The position numbers and the translations under genes are program-made. The notes below the pieces were generated by a model. That model was not told the DNA's origin. It saw only the letters and a program-made list of their open reading frames with translations, and searched no databases. 64,000 bases of DNA from the NCBI RefSeq assembly GCF_009914755.1, contig NC_060933.1; one strand, written 5' to 3'. Below are positions 18,608-37,383 of this stretch, piece by piece. Position 1 is the stretch's first letter. Each line of letters opens with the position of its first letter. Source of the DNA: the human T2T-CHM13v2.0 reference genome, Homo sapiens.

Positions 18608-20329
18608 TTAAACAGCATATTCCCAGAACATTGACAGGCGGATGCTGCCCTTACCATCATTCTGCCATAGGCCTATACACAGACCAGCAGCTGTGGGCAG
18701 GCAGCCTGCCTCAGCCGGGTGGAAACACTGTGTGTTTCCCTGTGTTTAGTTCCCGTGGGTTTGCACAGCTGGTAATGATAGGATTGGGGATCTGGGATGC
18801 ATCATCCCGGAGTGCTGGAGCCTTGGGTGGAGCTGGAAAGTGGAGCTGCAGGGACAGAGTAGGGAGGCAGTGAGGCCCTGACAGGGAGGGCCCTGGTGGC
18901 AAGGAGACATCATTTCATCATTTTGCAAGTGAGGTCCCCCCGAGGGAGTTTCTGGAGCAGCGCAGGTGTCAGTAAAGCATCTTTCCCACATTCTGGATGC
19001 CTGGCAGGTCTACCCTCCCTGGTGTCCCTTACCTGGCTGTGGCGGCCACCAGCACTCTGACCTGCCAGCATCTTCAGGTCTCAGTGCTGTATTCCAAGAG
19101 CCATCGCCACTGAAAATTAAAACTGCCATCCCCTCCAGATGCAGTCCAGAGGGCAGGAGGGGCAAACTGGACTAGGTAGCGGGGTGCTTCTTGAGGCCAC
19201 CTGGGGAAGAGCATTCTCTTTCAGGGACCCTGGTGTCCCCAGGGGCTGACAGGGCTCCACCGATTCAGCTCCAGAGCCTACCAGGGCTGGCACTGAGGTC
19301 AGAGAGCCCAGGAGTCCAGGAAGGAGAATCTTGGAGCTCCCATGTCCAGGGACACTCACTGCCCACCCTCACCCAGAACTGCTGCTCCCGAAGGATTTTA
19401 CACATCGCTGACGGAGATGAGCCAAGTGGGACAAGCAGTCTCCATGACTGGAATAGAAGGGCTGCTGTGGGGCGCCCCTGATGGCCAGCTGTGGGGCCTT
19501 GTCTGAGCCACACCCTCCTCTGAGTCTCAGTTTCCTCTTCTGTGGAACAGAATTAATGATGGACCACCCAGGAGCAAATGATATCCTTGTGTGAGGGCCT
19601 GGCACGTACAAAGTATTTAGAACTATGTATTCATCATATATTCCATGTACAGATGGATATGCAGTTATTTCATAAAGAGTTCTTATTTAATTCCAATTTA
19701 ATATGTAATACTTTACTCCTTCCTTTTGACCAGTTGCTACAGAAAGCAAATTCTGTTTTGTGGTGGGCTTTCACCTCAGGCCACTGATTGGTGTGTTATA
19801 TGTTATATAACATATAACACAGCACAGTGTGTTATATGTCTATGTAGGCTCTCAGAGGGAGGCTGCCATTCCTAGGCTGCTGGGCCCTGGCAGGTCAAAC
19901 ACAGCCAGTGCCCTGTGGCCACGTGCCCAGATGCTGAAGCTTGTTCCTGGCTCAGCAGTTTGGAAACAGTTGGTGCCACCACCTGTTCCTTCTCCTCCAG
20001 AATCAGACCGGAGGGTGGAGGCTAGCAGGAGCGGGTGTGAGACCATCCGCTGGAGTGACAGGAAGCTGCAATTGATGCTTCTCCTGTGAAATGTCACAAG
20101 CTCATGGCTGAAAGTTGCAAAGAATGGAGAGCATGTCCAGCCCTCTGGGATGAGGCACTCACACCTTTGTGCTCCTAGGTAGCAAAGGAGGACTATCTTA
20201 TTGGTGTGGGCAGCCGCTTGGATATTTAAAAACCCAACAAATAAAGCTTGGAATTGAAGTGTTTCTTCATTTTTCTGGGGGAAATCCACATTGCTCAAAC
20301 CTCAAGTGAAGACACCTTTTCTTTGGTGA

Positions 20330-20632
<303 letters not shown>

Positions 20633-20883
20633 TGAGGCTTTTGAACACAAAAGTTGCCATGGGCTCAGGCCATTTAGGGCTGAGTTCCATGGTAACACGT
20701 GGCCAACACTTTCCGGGCAGGCCAGGGACCACGTTGTGGGGCAGGACTTGGGGCTGACCCTGGACATATTGCAGCTGTCACTCTCCTTAGTGTTTTAGGA
20801 GTCATGAAACAGCTGTTCTCTGAGAGGTGTGTGAGTTTTGGGTGAGAAGACCCAGATTTGGATAATTAAATGACACTGCCTAG

Positions 20884-21266
<383 letters not shown>

Positions 21267-21668
21267 TATTATACATTTCTCATCACAACAAAAGAAAACA
21301 AGAAGAATATTTGCACAGAGTCCCACCATGTACTCTGTCCCCTCCACATGTGCAGAAATAGTTTTGACCAGGTGGTAATTGCAGCTTTCATGATTCTGTT
21401 TTCATTGTTTGCAGTGTTTTCCCATGTTGCCACATAACACTCCTGATTATTTTAACAGCCACATGGTATTTTGTGCATCAGCTCTTCAGGAGCAAAAAAC
21501 CATTTAGTGAGACAACAGCATTTTTCCTAGACCACGAGTCTATGTTTTTATTTGTGGGATTTTTCCCGGCATAGCGAAGGCCAGATCAGGACAGCTAGAG
21601 TGTGGAACCCAGAGCTGTCTCCACAGGAAGGGATGAGAAGCACAGGATTACCTGGGTCCCGAGAGCTA

Positions 21669-22199
<531 letters not shown>

Positions 22200-22771
22200 T
22201 CATGGTGCCTTGAGACTATCTGGGCAGAGTAGGGTCTGTGGCTCAGGGCTTGGTGAGAGAGAGGCCCCCATCGGAGAAGGGAAAAAGCGCTCGATTGCTG
22301 ATTTCCACCCATGTCTACCTCCTGTCAGGGACCGCAAGGGCAAAGAGTAGAGAAGCACCAGCAAAGAACTGGCTGGGACCCAGGAAGGACAGGGTGGGAA
22401 GAATCCCATGGCCATAGGAGAACATTTATTAAAAGCAAAAATGTTGCAATATGTTTCAGGGTGAGAAAAACACACCTAAAATAACAGGCCTGGTAGAGTC
22501 TGATTAAAAAATAAAAAGCACATGTAAATACTGGAGTAGTAGAATGGTACCAGCTGGCATGAACAGAGCAATGAGCGGGAGCTGGGCCGTGTGTGCATTT
22601 GTGTCCCATGGAATTCTCTGGCAATGCTGAAGGAGGCCCGGCTAGATGTAGATGTCCACTTTACAGCTGAGGGTAACAAGGCCCCTCGCTTGAGGTGTGG
22701 GCCGAGGCTCGGACCTCGGTTTTGGCACTTAGGGACATCCTTTTCCTTCAAAATGTTTTCTCTTCATTGCT

Positions 22772-22882
22772 TTTTTTTTTTTTTTTTTTTTTGAGGCAGA
22801 GTCTCTCTGTCACCCAGGCTGGATGGAGTGCGGTGGTACAATCTCGGCTCACTCCAACCTCTGCCTCCTGGGTTCAAGCGAT
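22772..22882 (-). mobile_element. 5'-truncated Alu
   Basis: Poly-T followed by ~90 nt of Alu right arm. Confidence 0.9.
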
Positions 22883-22901
22883 TTGAACATCATACACATA
22901 C

Positions 22902-23387
22902 TGCTGAGACCAGCTCTGTCCGGGAGACCCTAACCCAGCGGCACTGGAGGAATTAAAGACACACACACAGAAATATAGAGTGTGGAGTGGGAAATCAGGG
23001 GGTCTCACAGCCTTCAGAGCTGAAAGCCTCGAACAGAGATTTACCCACATATTTATTGACAGCAAGCCAGTGATAAGCATTGTTTCCATAGATTATAGAT
23101 TAACTAAAAGTATTCCTTATGGGAAATAAAGGAATGGATAGTTATCTGCAGCAGCAGCATGTCCTTAAGGCACAGATCGCTCATGCTATTGTTTGTGGTT
23201 TAAGAACGCCTTTAAGCGGTTTTCTGCCCTGGGTGGGCCAGGTGTTACTTGCCCTCATTCTGGTAAACCCACAACCTTCAGCATGGGCGTCGTGGCCATC
23301 ATGAACATGTCACAGTGCTGCAGAGATTTTGTTTATGGCTAGTCTTGGGGCCAGTTTATGGCCCAATTTGGGGGCCTAGTCCCAATA
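22902..23387 (-). mobile_element. MER9a-type solo LTR (HERV-K HML-3)
   Basis: Close match to recalled MER9 consensus (ATAAACAAAATCTCTGCAGCACTGTGACATG...GCTGGGTTAGGGTCTCCC on minus); flanking direct repeat CATAC. Confidence 0.9.
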
Positions 23388-23757
23388 CATACCACAACAC
23401 AACATGCACACATAAACCATACACGCACCATGCATACAACACACACTACACATTGCACACACACCCCCATATCACACACACAACACACAACATACCACAT
23501 ATACAACACAACACATACCACACCACACAAAAACCACAAAACATACCATACACACATCACATCCCACATACAACACATACACACAACACACATACACCAC
23601 AAAGCGCATTACACACACCATACATCAGATACACTATACACAGCCTACCACACATACACACACCACATATACATGCCACACGCTGCACACACACCGCACA
23701 CACAAGCATGCACAGCACACACACACACACGGCACACACACGCACATGCACGCACAG
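23388..23757. repeat. Degenerate CA/CATA-rich simple repeat
   Basis: Seen directly; source of the His/Thr- and Cys/Val-rich ORFs. Confidence 0.95.
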
Positions 23758-23959
23758 CCTCTGCACCAACACCTCTTTAAGCAAGTGCCTATTTTCCACT
23801 CCACCCTCTCTAAGCCTGGAGGAAAGTGCACACACCTAAAAAGGGGTTTCCTTGTGGTGAAGGAGCAAAGAAAGTTACTGCTGCCCCAGGACCCTCTAGA
23901 AAGTCTGGCAGAGGTAATGGCTCCGGGCAGAGGTGTCAGGAAAAATAAACAGCATTTCC

Positions 23960-24560
23960 CCCTTGGCCTAAGGGACCCGCTCCGCCCTCAGCCCCCAGCC
24001 CTTGTTGTCATGGAGAGCGGCCTGTGCACCCGAGCCGGCGCCCCTAGCCCTCCCACTGGCTCTCCGCAGGCGGCTTTGTCAGGGCTCAGCGTCCCTGCAG
24101 CTGCCGGGAGAGGAGGAGACAGGGCGGCTGCCTGTGGGTGCCGCGGACCTTCGGGGCGGGCCAGGGAGGCGGGACCGCTCCTCAGAACCCCAGGGGCTTC
24201 AGTCCTGGGCTGATTGGCGCGGGAAGCACAGCCCGGCCCTCCAGGTCCCCAAGGAGACCCCAGCCTCCTGCTGCCCACTGTGAGCGACCTCCCCGGGGCT
24301 CCTCTGGAAGCGGCTCCGGCAAGTATCGAGTTTGCCTGTGCGGAGCTGGGGGAGCCTCCGGCTTTCCTGTTTGCTTTGTTAATTATTTTCGTCCCCAGAG
24401 GAAGGCGGTGAGTAGGTTACATTGGAAAAGGTGGCAATTTTCGCTTGTTTCAGGTGGCTTTGAGATCCTGTGTGGGCTCATTTTTCTGGGTGTCTGCGGC
24501 TGAGCAGGGCTTCTCCAGGGGGCGGGCTGGTGAGACCCTTCTGCAGAAGGAGGAGGTGAC
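23960..24560 (+). promoter_or_regulatory. FGD3: CpG-island-type promoter of FGD3 exon 1a
   Basis: Local CpG enrichment; GC boxes GGGGCGGGCC (24153-24162) and GGGAGGCGGGA (24164-24174); inverted CCAAT box CTGATTGGC (24210-24218). Confidence 0.8.
24200..24407 (+). other. FGD3: FGD3 distal first exon 1a (non-coding; start approximate)
   Basis: Lies in the CpG-rich island; strong donor GCG|GTGAGT at 24407/24408; contains no ATG. Confidence 0.75.
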
Positions 24561-24865
24561 TGCCTGGTGTATACTTTGAAGAGGGGTTTTAATCAGCTTT
24601 CTGCCCCCTCCTGAGCACAGCCCAGTGGAGACTGAGCTGAAGAAAACCACCTTGGCAGTCCTCGCGGTGGGTCCTGGGACCCCCGGCTCGGGAACAGGAT
24701 TCTCCAGGATACCTACTGAATGATTAAGTGCTGGGCTGGACTGTGATGAGACCTGTTTTATTTCTGGACTTCTCCACCCTTCCCCATTCTTCCCATTTCT
24801 TTTCAAATGGATGGGAAAGGAAAATAGTCTGCTTGAAAAAAAGAACACATATCATTGCCTGGGCG

Positions 24866-24879
24866 ATTGCCATGGCAAC
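24866..24879. promoter_or_regulatory. RFX X-box
   Basis: ATTGCCATGGCAAC, 13/14 match to palindromic GTTGCCATGGCAAC. Confidence 0.5.
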
Positions 24880-26571
24880 GGGGACCCCATGTCGGATGCT
24901 GAGATTGTCTTTTCTTTTTGTTACCTTATTCTTGCCACTCGGCATTTCCCCTAAGTGTCACTTCTCATAAGGGAGAATATAAAACCAGGGCGAAAGCGGG
25001 TGCTTTGGAGCTGCTAGGCAGAAGTTTGAGGTTCATTAAGACCTCCAGTTCTTCGGATAGACATGGGCCGAAAGAGGCCGCAAGGCTGGCCGTGTCCCTT
25101 TTTGTAGTTCGTGCCTCTGGTCCTTGGGGATCCATGTTGTCCCGGCTCTTTGACTGCATGTTTCCTATGCTCTGTGTCTGTGAATTAGGGCAGTTAGAAT
25201 GTTGTCATTTTCTGGGATGGCTGGGAAATACAGGTATCATTGCCTAAAATCAGTTTGAAGTGTAAACAATGAGTGCGTGTGTGTGTGTTACATCTATGTA
25301 TGTGTGTGCACAGGATTTAATGTTGTGAACTATTAGGATGACAGCAAACTCCAGCCCCAGTGAGGTTGACCCTCTTTTTCATATTGTGCAGAAAGGTTAA
25401 ACATTTCTCAACAGCAGGGAAACCTGGCTGCTTTCTGGCCACTGTCCATAGCTCTTCTTCCCAGGCCCTTGTGTTGGGGCAGGGGTGGTCAGCTGAAGGC
25501 CAGCTGGCTTTGGACACAACGCCTTCTCTGTGTTGTGCCCAGGGTCCCAGCTCATTCACTGAGAGTTAGCAGCTCACACCATCTGTTCTGGGATTGGGCT
25601 GTGTCCCAAGTATCCCTCCTCATCCTCAAACCTCAGGACTCACTGGGCAGAGGTTGGGCTGGGACTGGAGGCCTCAGTTTCCTTATCCGCAAAATGAGGG
25701 TTATGACAGTTCATCCCTTGGGCCTTTAGTTGGGCTCCTAGGGGACTGCAGGCTTCTCCAAGCCCATCGTGGTACTGGCTTTTCTCTGGACACCCCAGAG
25801 AGGGGGTCACACATGATCTGGGGGAGGTCAGAGCAGGATGCATCCTCCTGTCACCATGAAGCACATGTGCTGAGGGACTGGTGCCTGGAAAGGGGAGCAG
25901 TGTGGAAGGAAATCTGGCCTCATCCCGTGGACCAGTGCCTCAGTTTCTCCATTTGTAAATGGGGCTATGTGTCACCCACTGGTGGCTTGCTGTTGGGTGA
26001 AAGAGCTGAGGACTGCATTTTTGCTGTGTGTGACCTATACGGAAGCCTGTCATCCATGACAGTGTCTGACAAGCGCCTGCCAGTCTGCAGCGGGGCGTCC
26101 GTCCACTCTGGCTATGGGGACATGTGGGCCCATTTCCTCATCATCCCTGCGTGTCCCTTCCCAAGCTCATGAGCAACAGTGCTGACTCAGTCCTGCAGCA
26201 TCAGTTCAGTCTTGGGGTGTCGTCATTCTCCAGGACATCCCAACGAGGGATATCCAGCAGCCTTCCTTGAGGGTCCCACCCTCAGGGACAGGATGGGTTT
26301 GGGTGGTAGCCATAGCTCCACAGTCTCAGGTTGCCCAGGGCCACCAGGCAGCGGCTCTTGGCCCTGAGTGTATCTGTGTGGTCCAAGAAGAGGCGAGGTG
26401 CTTGTGTGTGCAGAAATGTGCCAGGAAGGACAGGGGAGACTCAGGCTTCCTCCACAACACCCCTGTTCGAGTGTGCCAGTGAGGGGTGGGGCTCCCTTCT
26501 CCCACCACAACCCTCTGAGGAGCTCTCCCTGTCCTGCTGGCCAAGGAGCCCTGTGCCTACCGGCAGAGGCT

Positions 26572-26740
26572 CAACTAACCAACCAACTAACCAACAGCTG
26601 ACCAACTAACCAACCAGCTAATTCATCAACTCCCTTTCTCTTCTCTGTTTTCTCCTTTTCCTCCTACTCCCTCCTTTTCCTCCCTTCCTTCCCCCCTCCC
26701 TTCTTTCCTTCCTCTTTTTTTTTTCTTTTTCTCCTCCCTT
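26572..26740. repeat. (AACC)n followed by a CT-rich tract
   Basis: Seen directly. Confidence 0.85.
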
Positions 26741-26812
26741 CATCTGTTCACCTGTTATTCCAGGAAGGATCTGGTTCAGCATAGAGTGCAAAGGATAAAA
26801 AGAAGCAGGTGG

Positions 26813-27167
<355 letters not shown>

Positions 27168-28071
27168 TCATGGGGATGACGAAGTCTGAGGACACTGGGG
27201 AGGCTCCAGCCCCACGCAGCTTGGCAGTCCTTGCTCACAGAGGCCAGGACTGTTCCGTGCGGATTCTGGACTTGGACCAAAACTCCTGGGTCCCTGACTG
27301 ATGGTGGGGAAAGAAGGGGGCAGGAGGGGTTCATTCAAGGCTGGCAAATGTAGCCCGAGTCCCTTCTGACCCCTGGTAGGGCCCTCATGAACTGTGGAGG
27401 CTGTGGTAGTCTGTGGCTAGGGTGCCTGGTGACATTTGGTCTAAAGAATTAAATCCAGTGCAGATGAGTCCACCCAGGAGGAATCTGTGGACGACAGCCC
27501 CTAAGTGACCTGGGGACGGCTCAGGGACAGTGCTGCCCTTTCTGCCTAGGCAGATGGAAATGGAGCCAGGGTCCTTGTTGTGCCACGTCCCCTGCGTCCA
27601 GCACTGGAGATTGGCTTCTCCCCAAGATCTGGCTGCCCCTGGCCTGCTTGGGCCCTGAAGAGAATGAGGAGAGGCAAGGGTGCCTAGGAGAAAGGTGGTA
27701 GAGGTGGTGGGAGCCCTGCAGGCTGAGGGTTGTGGCCAGGGGCTGCTGAGACACCAGGTTGCTCTGGGGGTCCCGCTCTAGGTCTAGTGTGTTCATGAGG
27801 GAATTCCAACCGGCCTTTAAGGAATGTGGGGCTTTTAGAAGGAAAATGGTATATAGCATACTAATATGTGCTTGTTGAATGAATACATGAAGAAGGCCTT
27901 TTATTTTTCTAGTTACTGATATCCAGTAATTCTAAGTATTCCTAGCTTGTCTTCTCTGGGTAAATTACTTTGCTTCTCAGAATATGCCAGCTAGACACAA
28001 CCCATAAGGTAGAATTTTTCATTGAAATGTGTCTTACGTGGAACTTGTAACTTCCTAAAATAAAGTTGTGT

Positions 28072-28370
<299 letters not shown>

Positions 28371-28909
28371 TGAAAGTTGTGTAGATTTTGCCAGATGTAG
28401 GGTTGTGTCTGAGCACACTCATGTTCTTGGTCCTTGAAACACTGGTGCCTGAAGGATTCATGTAGCTGCGGAGGTGGTAAACTGAATGAATAAAACTGCT
28501 GGTCTTTGACCATGCAAAATAGGTGTAAAGTAGGCTTGGGGGGATCTCAGTCAGAAGACCCTGACTTTACGGCTGCAGAGAGGATGCCTCTGTCCCCCAG
28601 CTCCAGGGCAGACAAAATCTGAGGGTCTAAGATCTTCAGTGGCAAAAGGGGCATCTGGTTTTTTGACCCTCTCCCTGATCTTGCTTTTAAACAAGTTCCA
28701 AAATATTTTGTCTGCAAAACAAACTATGCTGCATAAGGAATAATTCGTGGCCCTAATTCATCCATTAGAGACCACACTTGACTCCCCAAGGGCTTCTTAA
28801 TATCCCTGGTTTCCAACTCATGTGAGTCAATGCAGGGGGTGACCAGAGCACATCTCTGTTTATTTTCAAGTATGCAAAGGATATATACACATATCATTGT
28901 TGAAAGTCA

Positions 28910-29214
<305 letters not shown>

Positions 29215-29319
29215 CGAAAATCAAACTGTTTTAAAGCTGAAGGCCCCCCCATCCCATCCTCTACCCTCCAATCCTAAGGCCCTCCTTAACATTATGAAGG
29301 TTGAGCAAGTGTGGCTCAA

Positions 29320-29467
29320 ATCTCTCCCTCCTTCCCCCTCTTTCTCCTTCTCTTCCTTCCTCACTCCCTCCCTTCTTTCTCTCTTTCCTTCTTTCTCTCC
29401 TTCCTTCCTTTTCTCTTTCCTTCCCTTTTTTCCTCCTTCCTTCATTCTTTCCCTTTTTTCTTCTTTA
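29320..29467. repeat. CT-rich low-complexity tract
   Basis: Seen directly. Confidence 0.9.
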
Positions 29468-31917
29468 GAATAGTGCTGCTGTGATCACCCTTAGGTGCCT
29501 CCAGTTCTAAGCTTTCTGATTACTTCTTCCCCCGAGGTCCCCCAGCTCAGCATCTGCCCTTAAAGGAAACCTAAATAAACATGTGTTGTTGCATTCTGAA
29601 TAGCCTCTGGTTGATCAGGAGCTTAGACTAAGGATTGAATAGTAAACGGTGGATCCAAGTGATTGTGAGAATACCACTTGGCAGAATGTGATGTCTGGAT
29701 TGGACATGGAGTGCATAGGAAAGGACCCGCACCTCCCTGGGCATATGAGTGTTTCTGGTTGACGCTGTGCAGCTGCCGCATAACAATGCTGGAATTATCC
29801 TTTATTCAGGGCCTGATTGAGTGGGGGCGTGGCCACCCCTTTATTGCCTTATTTTTTAATGTATATCATTCTCTATTTACACATTGATAATTTTTTCCTA
29901 CAGGGTAAAAAAAAAATGCACCAGATGCAGCACTTTTGTGTAAGTATAGACACATCAGGGCTCTTTGTTAAGGATAAGAAACAATCGCTTCCACTTCAGG
30001 CTCTAATGTTATCATAGCCAACTGCCAGAGCCGCTCTGTAATTACGTCTCCTGAGTGGAAAGCTCTCAAAATGCCACTTGGTCTAAGAGTTTGAAGCTGG
30101 GCTTGCCTCTCCCCTTTGGCCAAGATGACTAAAGCATCACATATTTTTAAAGCAACTTTTAAGAAATGAGGTATAGTGAGTGATGACTAGCCAGCTTCTC
30201 GCTGCTCACACTGTAGCATTTTACACACATTTTCCCAGGGAGCCCCCAGGAACTTGGTGTCCAGGGATATTTTCCCCATGTTGGGGTGAAGGGGCTCACA
30301 CAATGTCACCTGCACACGGGCCTCACAGTTCCAGATCTGGGCTTGTCCACTCTCCCAGCTGCCTGCCTGGGAGGAAGGCAGGTAAAGTTAAGGGCAGTGC
30401 CAAGGTTTAGGAAATATTGTCTGCCTTTGGACCAAATGTAATTTCAACTTAAAGTAACCTAGAAAATGTTTTGCAAAAAATGTGTTTTCAGAAAGCAGAA
30501 TTACACTCAGTATCCCTTCTTTTTTTGGTTTCTCAACCACATCTTTCATTAGAGAGATTTAGGACAGCTAAGTAGAAATTAAATTTTCCATATGTAAACA
30601 GACATGGAGACAGCTGGCTTTCACTGGGCAATAGTTCCCGGCTGGGAATCTCCAATGAACAACTTCGATTCTTGTATTTTTAAACAGGTTGGCTTTCCTC
30701 CCAAATGCAAATATAATGTTCTACGTAGAAATTTATATGTTACTGAGAAGCATCAAGAAGCAAATGAAAATTCCCGGAAGCTCACCACCCAGAGACGGTC
30801 ACTCTCAGGGTTTCACACAGCCTCTCTGCCAGGAGCTTTCATTTCCTTGGGTCTTGTCTATTGTTAGGTCACATGTTGAGTAGGATTTGTCTTGGAGCCT
30901 GAACGCTGACAAAGGTGCACCACCCTTGGACCCCATCCAAAGCCACACAGGAATGACTACTCTGGTCCCACCCACTTCCTGCCCTAGCTAGTGTGGTATT
31001 TTTGTGGCTTTCCCCTGTCTTGTCAGAAGAATGAGAGTAACTCAACATGGGCACTTTGTCCAATCCTTGGGTCTCAAGGGTTCTGGGAAGGATCCAAGAG
31101 CTGTGGTTCTCGGTTCCCAAAAGCAGGCAGGTGATTGGAGAAGCAGCCGGGCTCTGAGTCCTGTGCCCGTGTGGCCCAAGTGACTGGCTGTGACCCTAAT
31201 AAGTGAGCAGAAGGGCAGGGGCCGGGGTCACCTTGCACAGGAAGTGGCAGCCATGAGGGTCTCTGCAGGCCAGAGCTGCTCCTTCCTCAGGGGCCATCTC
31301 CCAAGGATTCTTGTGTCCTAGGAGCCGCTCAGCAAATGGTTGTTGACTGACTGAGTGACGGCACTTTGGCCTCTCTGAACCTCAGTGTCCTGGTCATTGA
31401 ATGGGACTCTTACTTCCAAGCTCTTTACTCCCCTGAGCCCTGGCCTCCTGGTTCCCCTTTGTCCTGCACCTTGGGCTGTGTCCTAGAGACCAGCCACCTC
31501 AGCTGCATCTTGCTAGGCTCTGAGTATCGTGGCCTTGACATTTCCTCCACCTCTCTGAACCACAGCTTTGTCTTCTGGAAAAGGAGAAATTAGAGGATGC
31601 TTGGAGCATCGTTGCCTGCATTCATGGAACTCACGGTCTGCCTGGAGAGTGATGGCGATATGGTGTCTATGTGTCCGAGAGCCAGCTGCACCCAGAGGGA
31701 AGCTCTAAAGCTGGTGTGGTCAGGTGGCCAAGGAGCAGAGGGAACAGACGTGAGAGGCAAGGCCCGTGAGGGTAGGGAGAGGTGCTCCCAATCATTGTAG
31801 AGGCCAGGAATGAGGCTGGGAGGCTGCAAGGGCCAGGTTCCAGCCGGGCCAACTCTGAGATGACGCTGAGGATTCCAGCTTTACTGTGAGTCACTTGTAG
31901 GCTCACTGCTTCTCTTA

Positions 31918-32172
<255 letters not shown>

Positions 32173-32204
32173 AGAGCCAAGGGATGCCACTAGCTAGTTG
32201 TTTA

Positions 32205-35956
<3,752 letters not shown>

Positions 35957-36104
35957 TAGTAATTATTTTATTAATGAAAATAATTACTATAATAAAATTA
36001 TTTTAGTTAATAAAATATAATTACTATAGTAAGTCTTGAAATAGGGTAATTGGTTGAACTAGTTCTCTGTTGTTGGACCTTCAGCACATCTCTGACATTG
36101 GGCA

Positions 36105-36411
36105 AGGCTCGGTGGGTGGCTCATGCCTGTAAATCCCAGCACTTTGCAGGGCTGAGGTAGAAGGATCGCTTGAGCCTGGGAGTTCAAGGTCAGCCTGGGA
36201 AACATAGCCAGAGTCCGTCTCTGCAAATAATAAAAACTTAGCCAGGCATAGTGCCACACACCTGTGGTCCCAGATACTCAGGAGGCTGAGATGGGAGGAT
36301 CCCTCGAGCACAGGAGGTCGAGGCTACAGTGAGTCATGATCGGTCCAGTGCATTTCAGCCTGGGCAACAGAGGGAAACTCAGTCTCAAAAAAAAAAAAAA
36401 AAAAAAAAAAA
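36105..36411 (+). mobile_element. AluJ
   Basis: Diverged Alu with long A tail. Confidence 0.9.
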
Positions 36412-36487
36412 TCAGCCCTAATAAGACTGTATAAAATGTCCTTGCTCATTTGTGTGGGTGTTTTGGAAGGTCGATGGCTGAAGCGAG

Positions 36488-37068
36488 TGTCCCTTATGTC
36501 TGCATGTCCCATGTCCTTGTGTCCCCATGCCCCCATGTTTCCAAGACCACACGTCCCCACGTCCCCTGTACCCCCATGCCCTCATTTCTCTATGTCCCTG
36601 TGGCTCCACATTCCTCATGTCTGCGTGTTCTCATTCCTCATGTCCCCATAACCTCCACATCTCCATATTCTTCATGTCCCCGTATCCCTCACGTCCCCGA
36701 GTCCCTGTGTTCCCATGTCTCCATATCCCCATGTCTCCATGTCCTCATGCCCCATATCTCCATATTCTTCATGTTTCCATGTCCTCTTTCCCCATTTTCT
36801 CATGTCATGTCCCCGTGTCTTCATGTCTTCATGTCCCTATGTCTTCAGGTTCCCATGTCCACTTATCCTCACATCCCCATGTCTCCATGACCTCCACTTC
36901 CCATGCTCTCATGTCCCAAAATGCCCATATCCTCATGTCCTCTACGTCCTGTTGTCATGTCTGCATGTCTGCATGTCTCCATATCCCTCGTGTCCCCAAG
37001 TCCCCCATCCCCATGTCCTCATTCCCCCATGAGGACCCCTCCTATCCCCACGTCCTCATGTCACCCAT
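36488..37068. repeat. Degenerate ~8-bp tandem repeat, (CCCATGTC)n-like
   Basis: Repeated catgtccc/catgtctc/catatcc units over ~580 bp. Confidence 0.9.
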
Positions 37069-37383
37069 AAACCAGCCCAGAGCAGAGTTTGCCTTATGCT
37101 GTGTGCTTGGTAAATATGAGCTGCCTTCCTCCTTAAACCTTCCATTCAAAGGCTGCAGAATAACCATGGGTAAGATGGCTTCCCTGAAAAAATGCACCCC
37201 AGGTGTCACTACTAGACGTCAGATGGACACTTTCCCCCACAGCGGATAAACTGGTAGCAACCCTGGGAAGGAATGGGGTGTAACAGCCAGGGCCAGCTGG
37301 GTGCCGTAACAGTCCCAGGCTTAGTCATAGTGCAGTGCTGGCAATGGGAGAGTTGTGGGGGCTCTGTTCCTTGTAGTCAGATG

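Noticed and set aside
23315-23839. His/Thr-rich and Cys/Val-rich ORFs
   Set aside because: Translations of the CA-rich simple repeat.
36450-37249. Pro/His/Met/Cys-rich ORFs up to 240 aa
   Set aside because: Translations of the 8-mer satellite.
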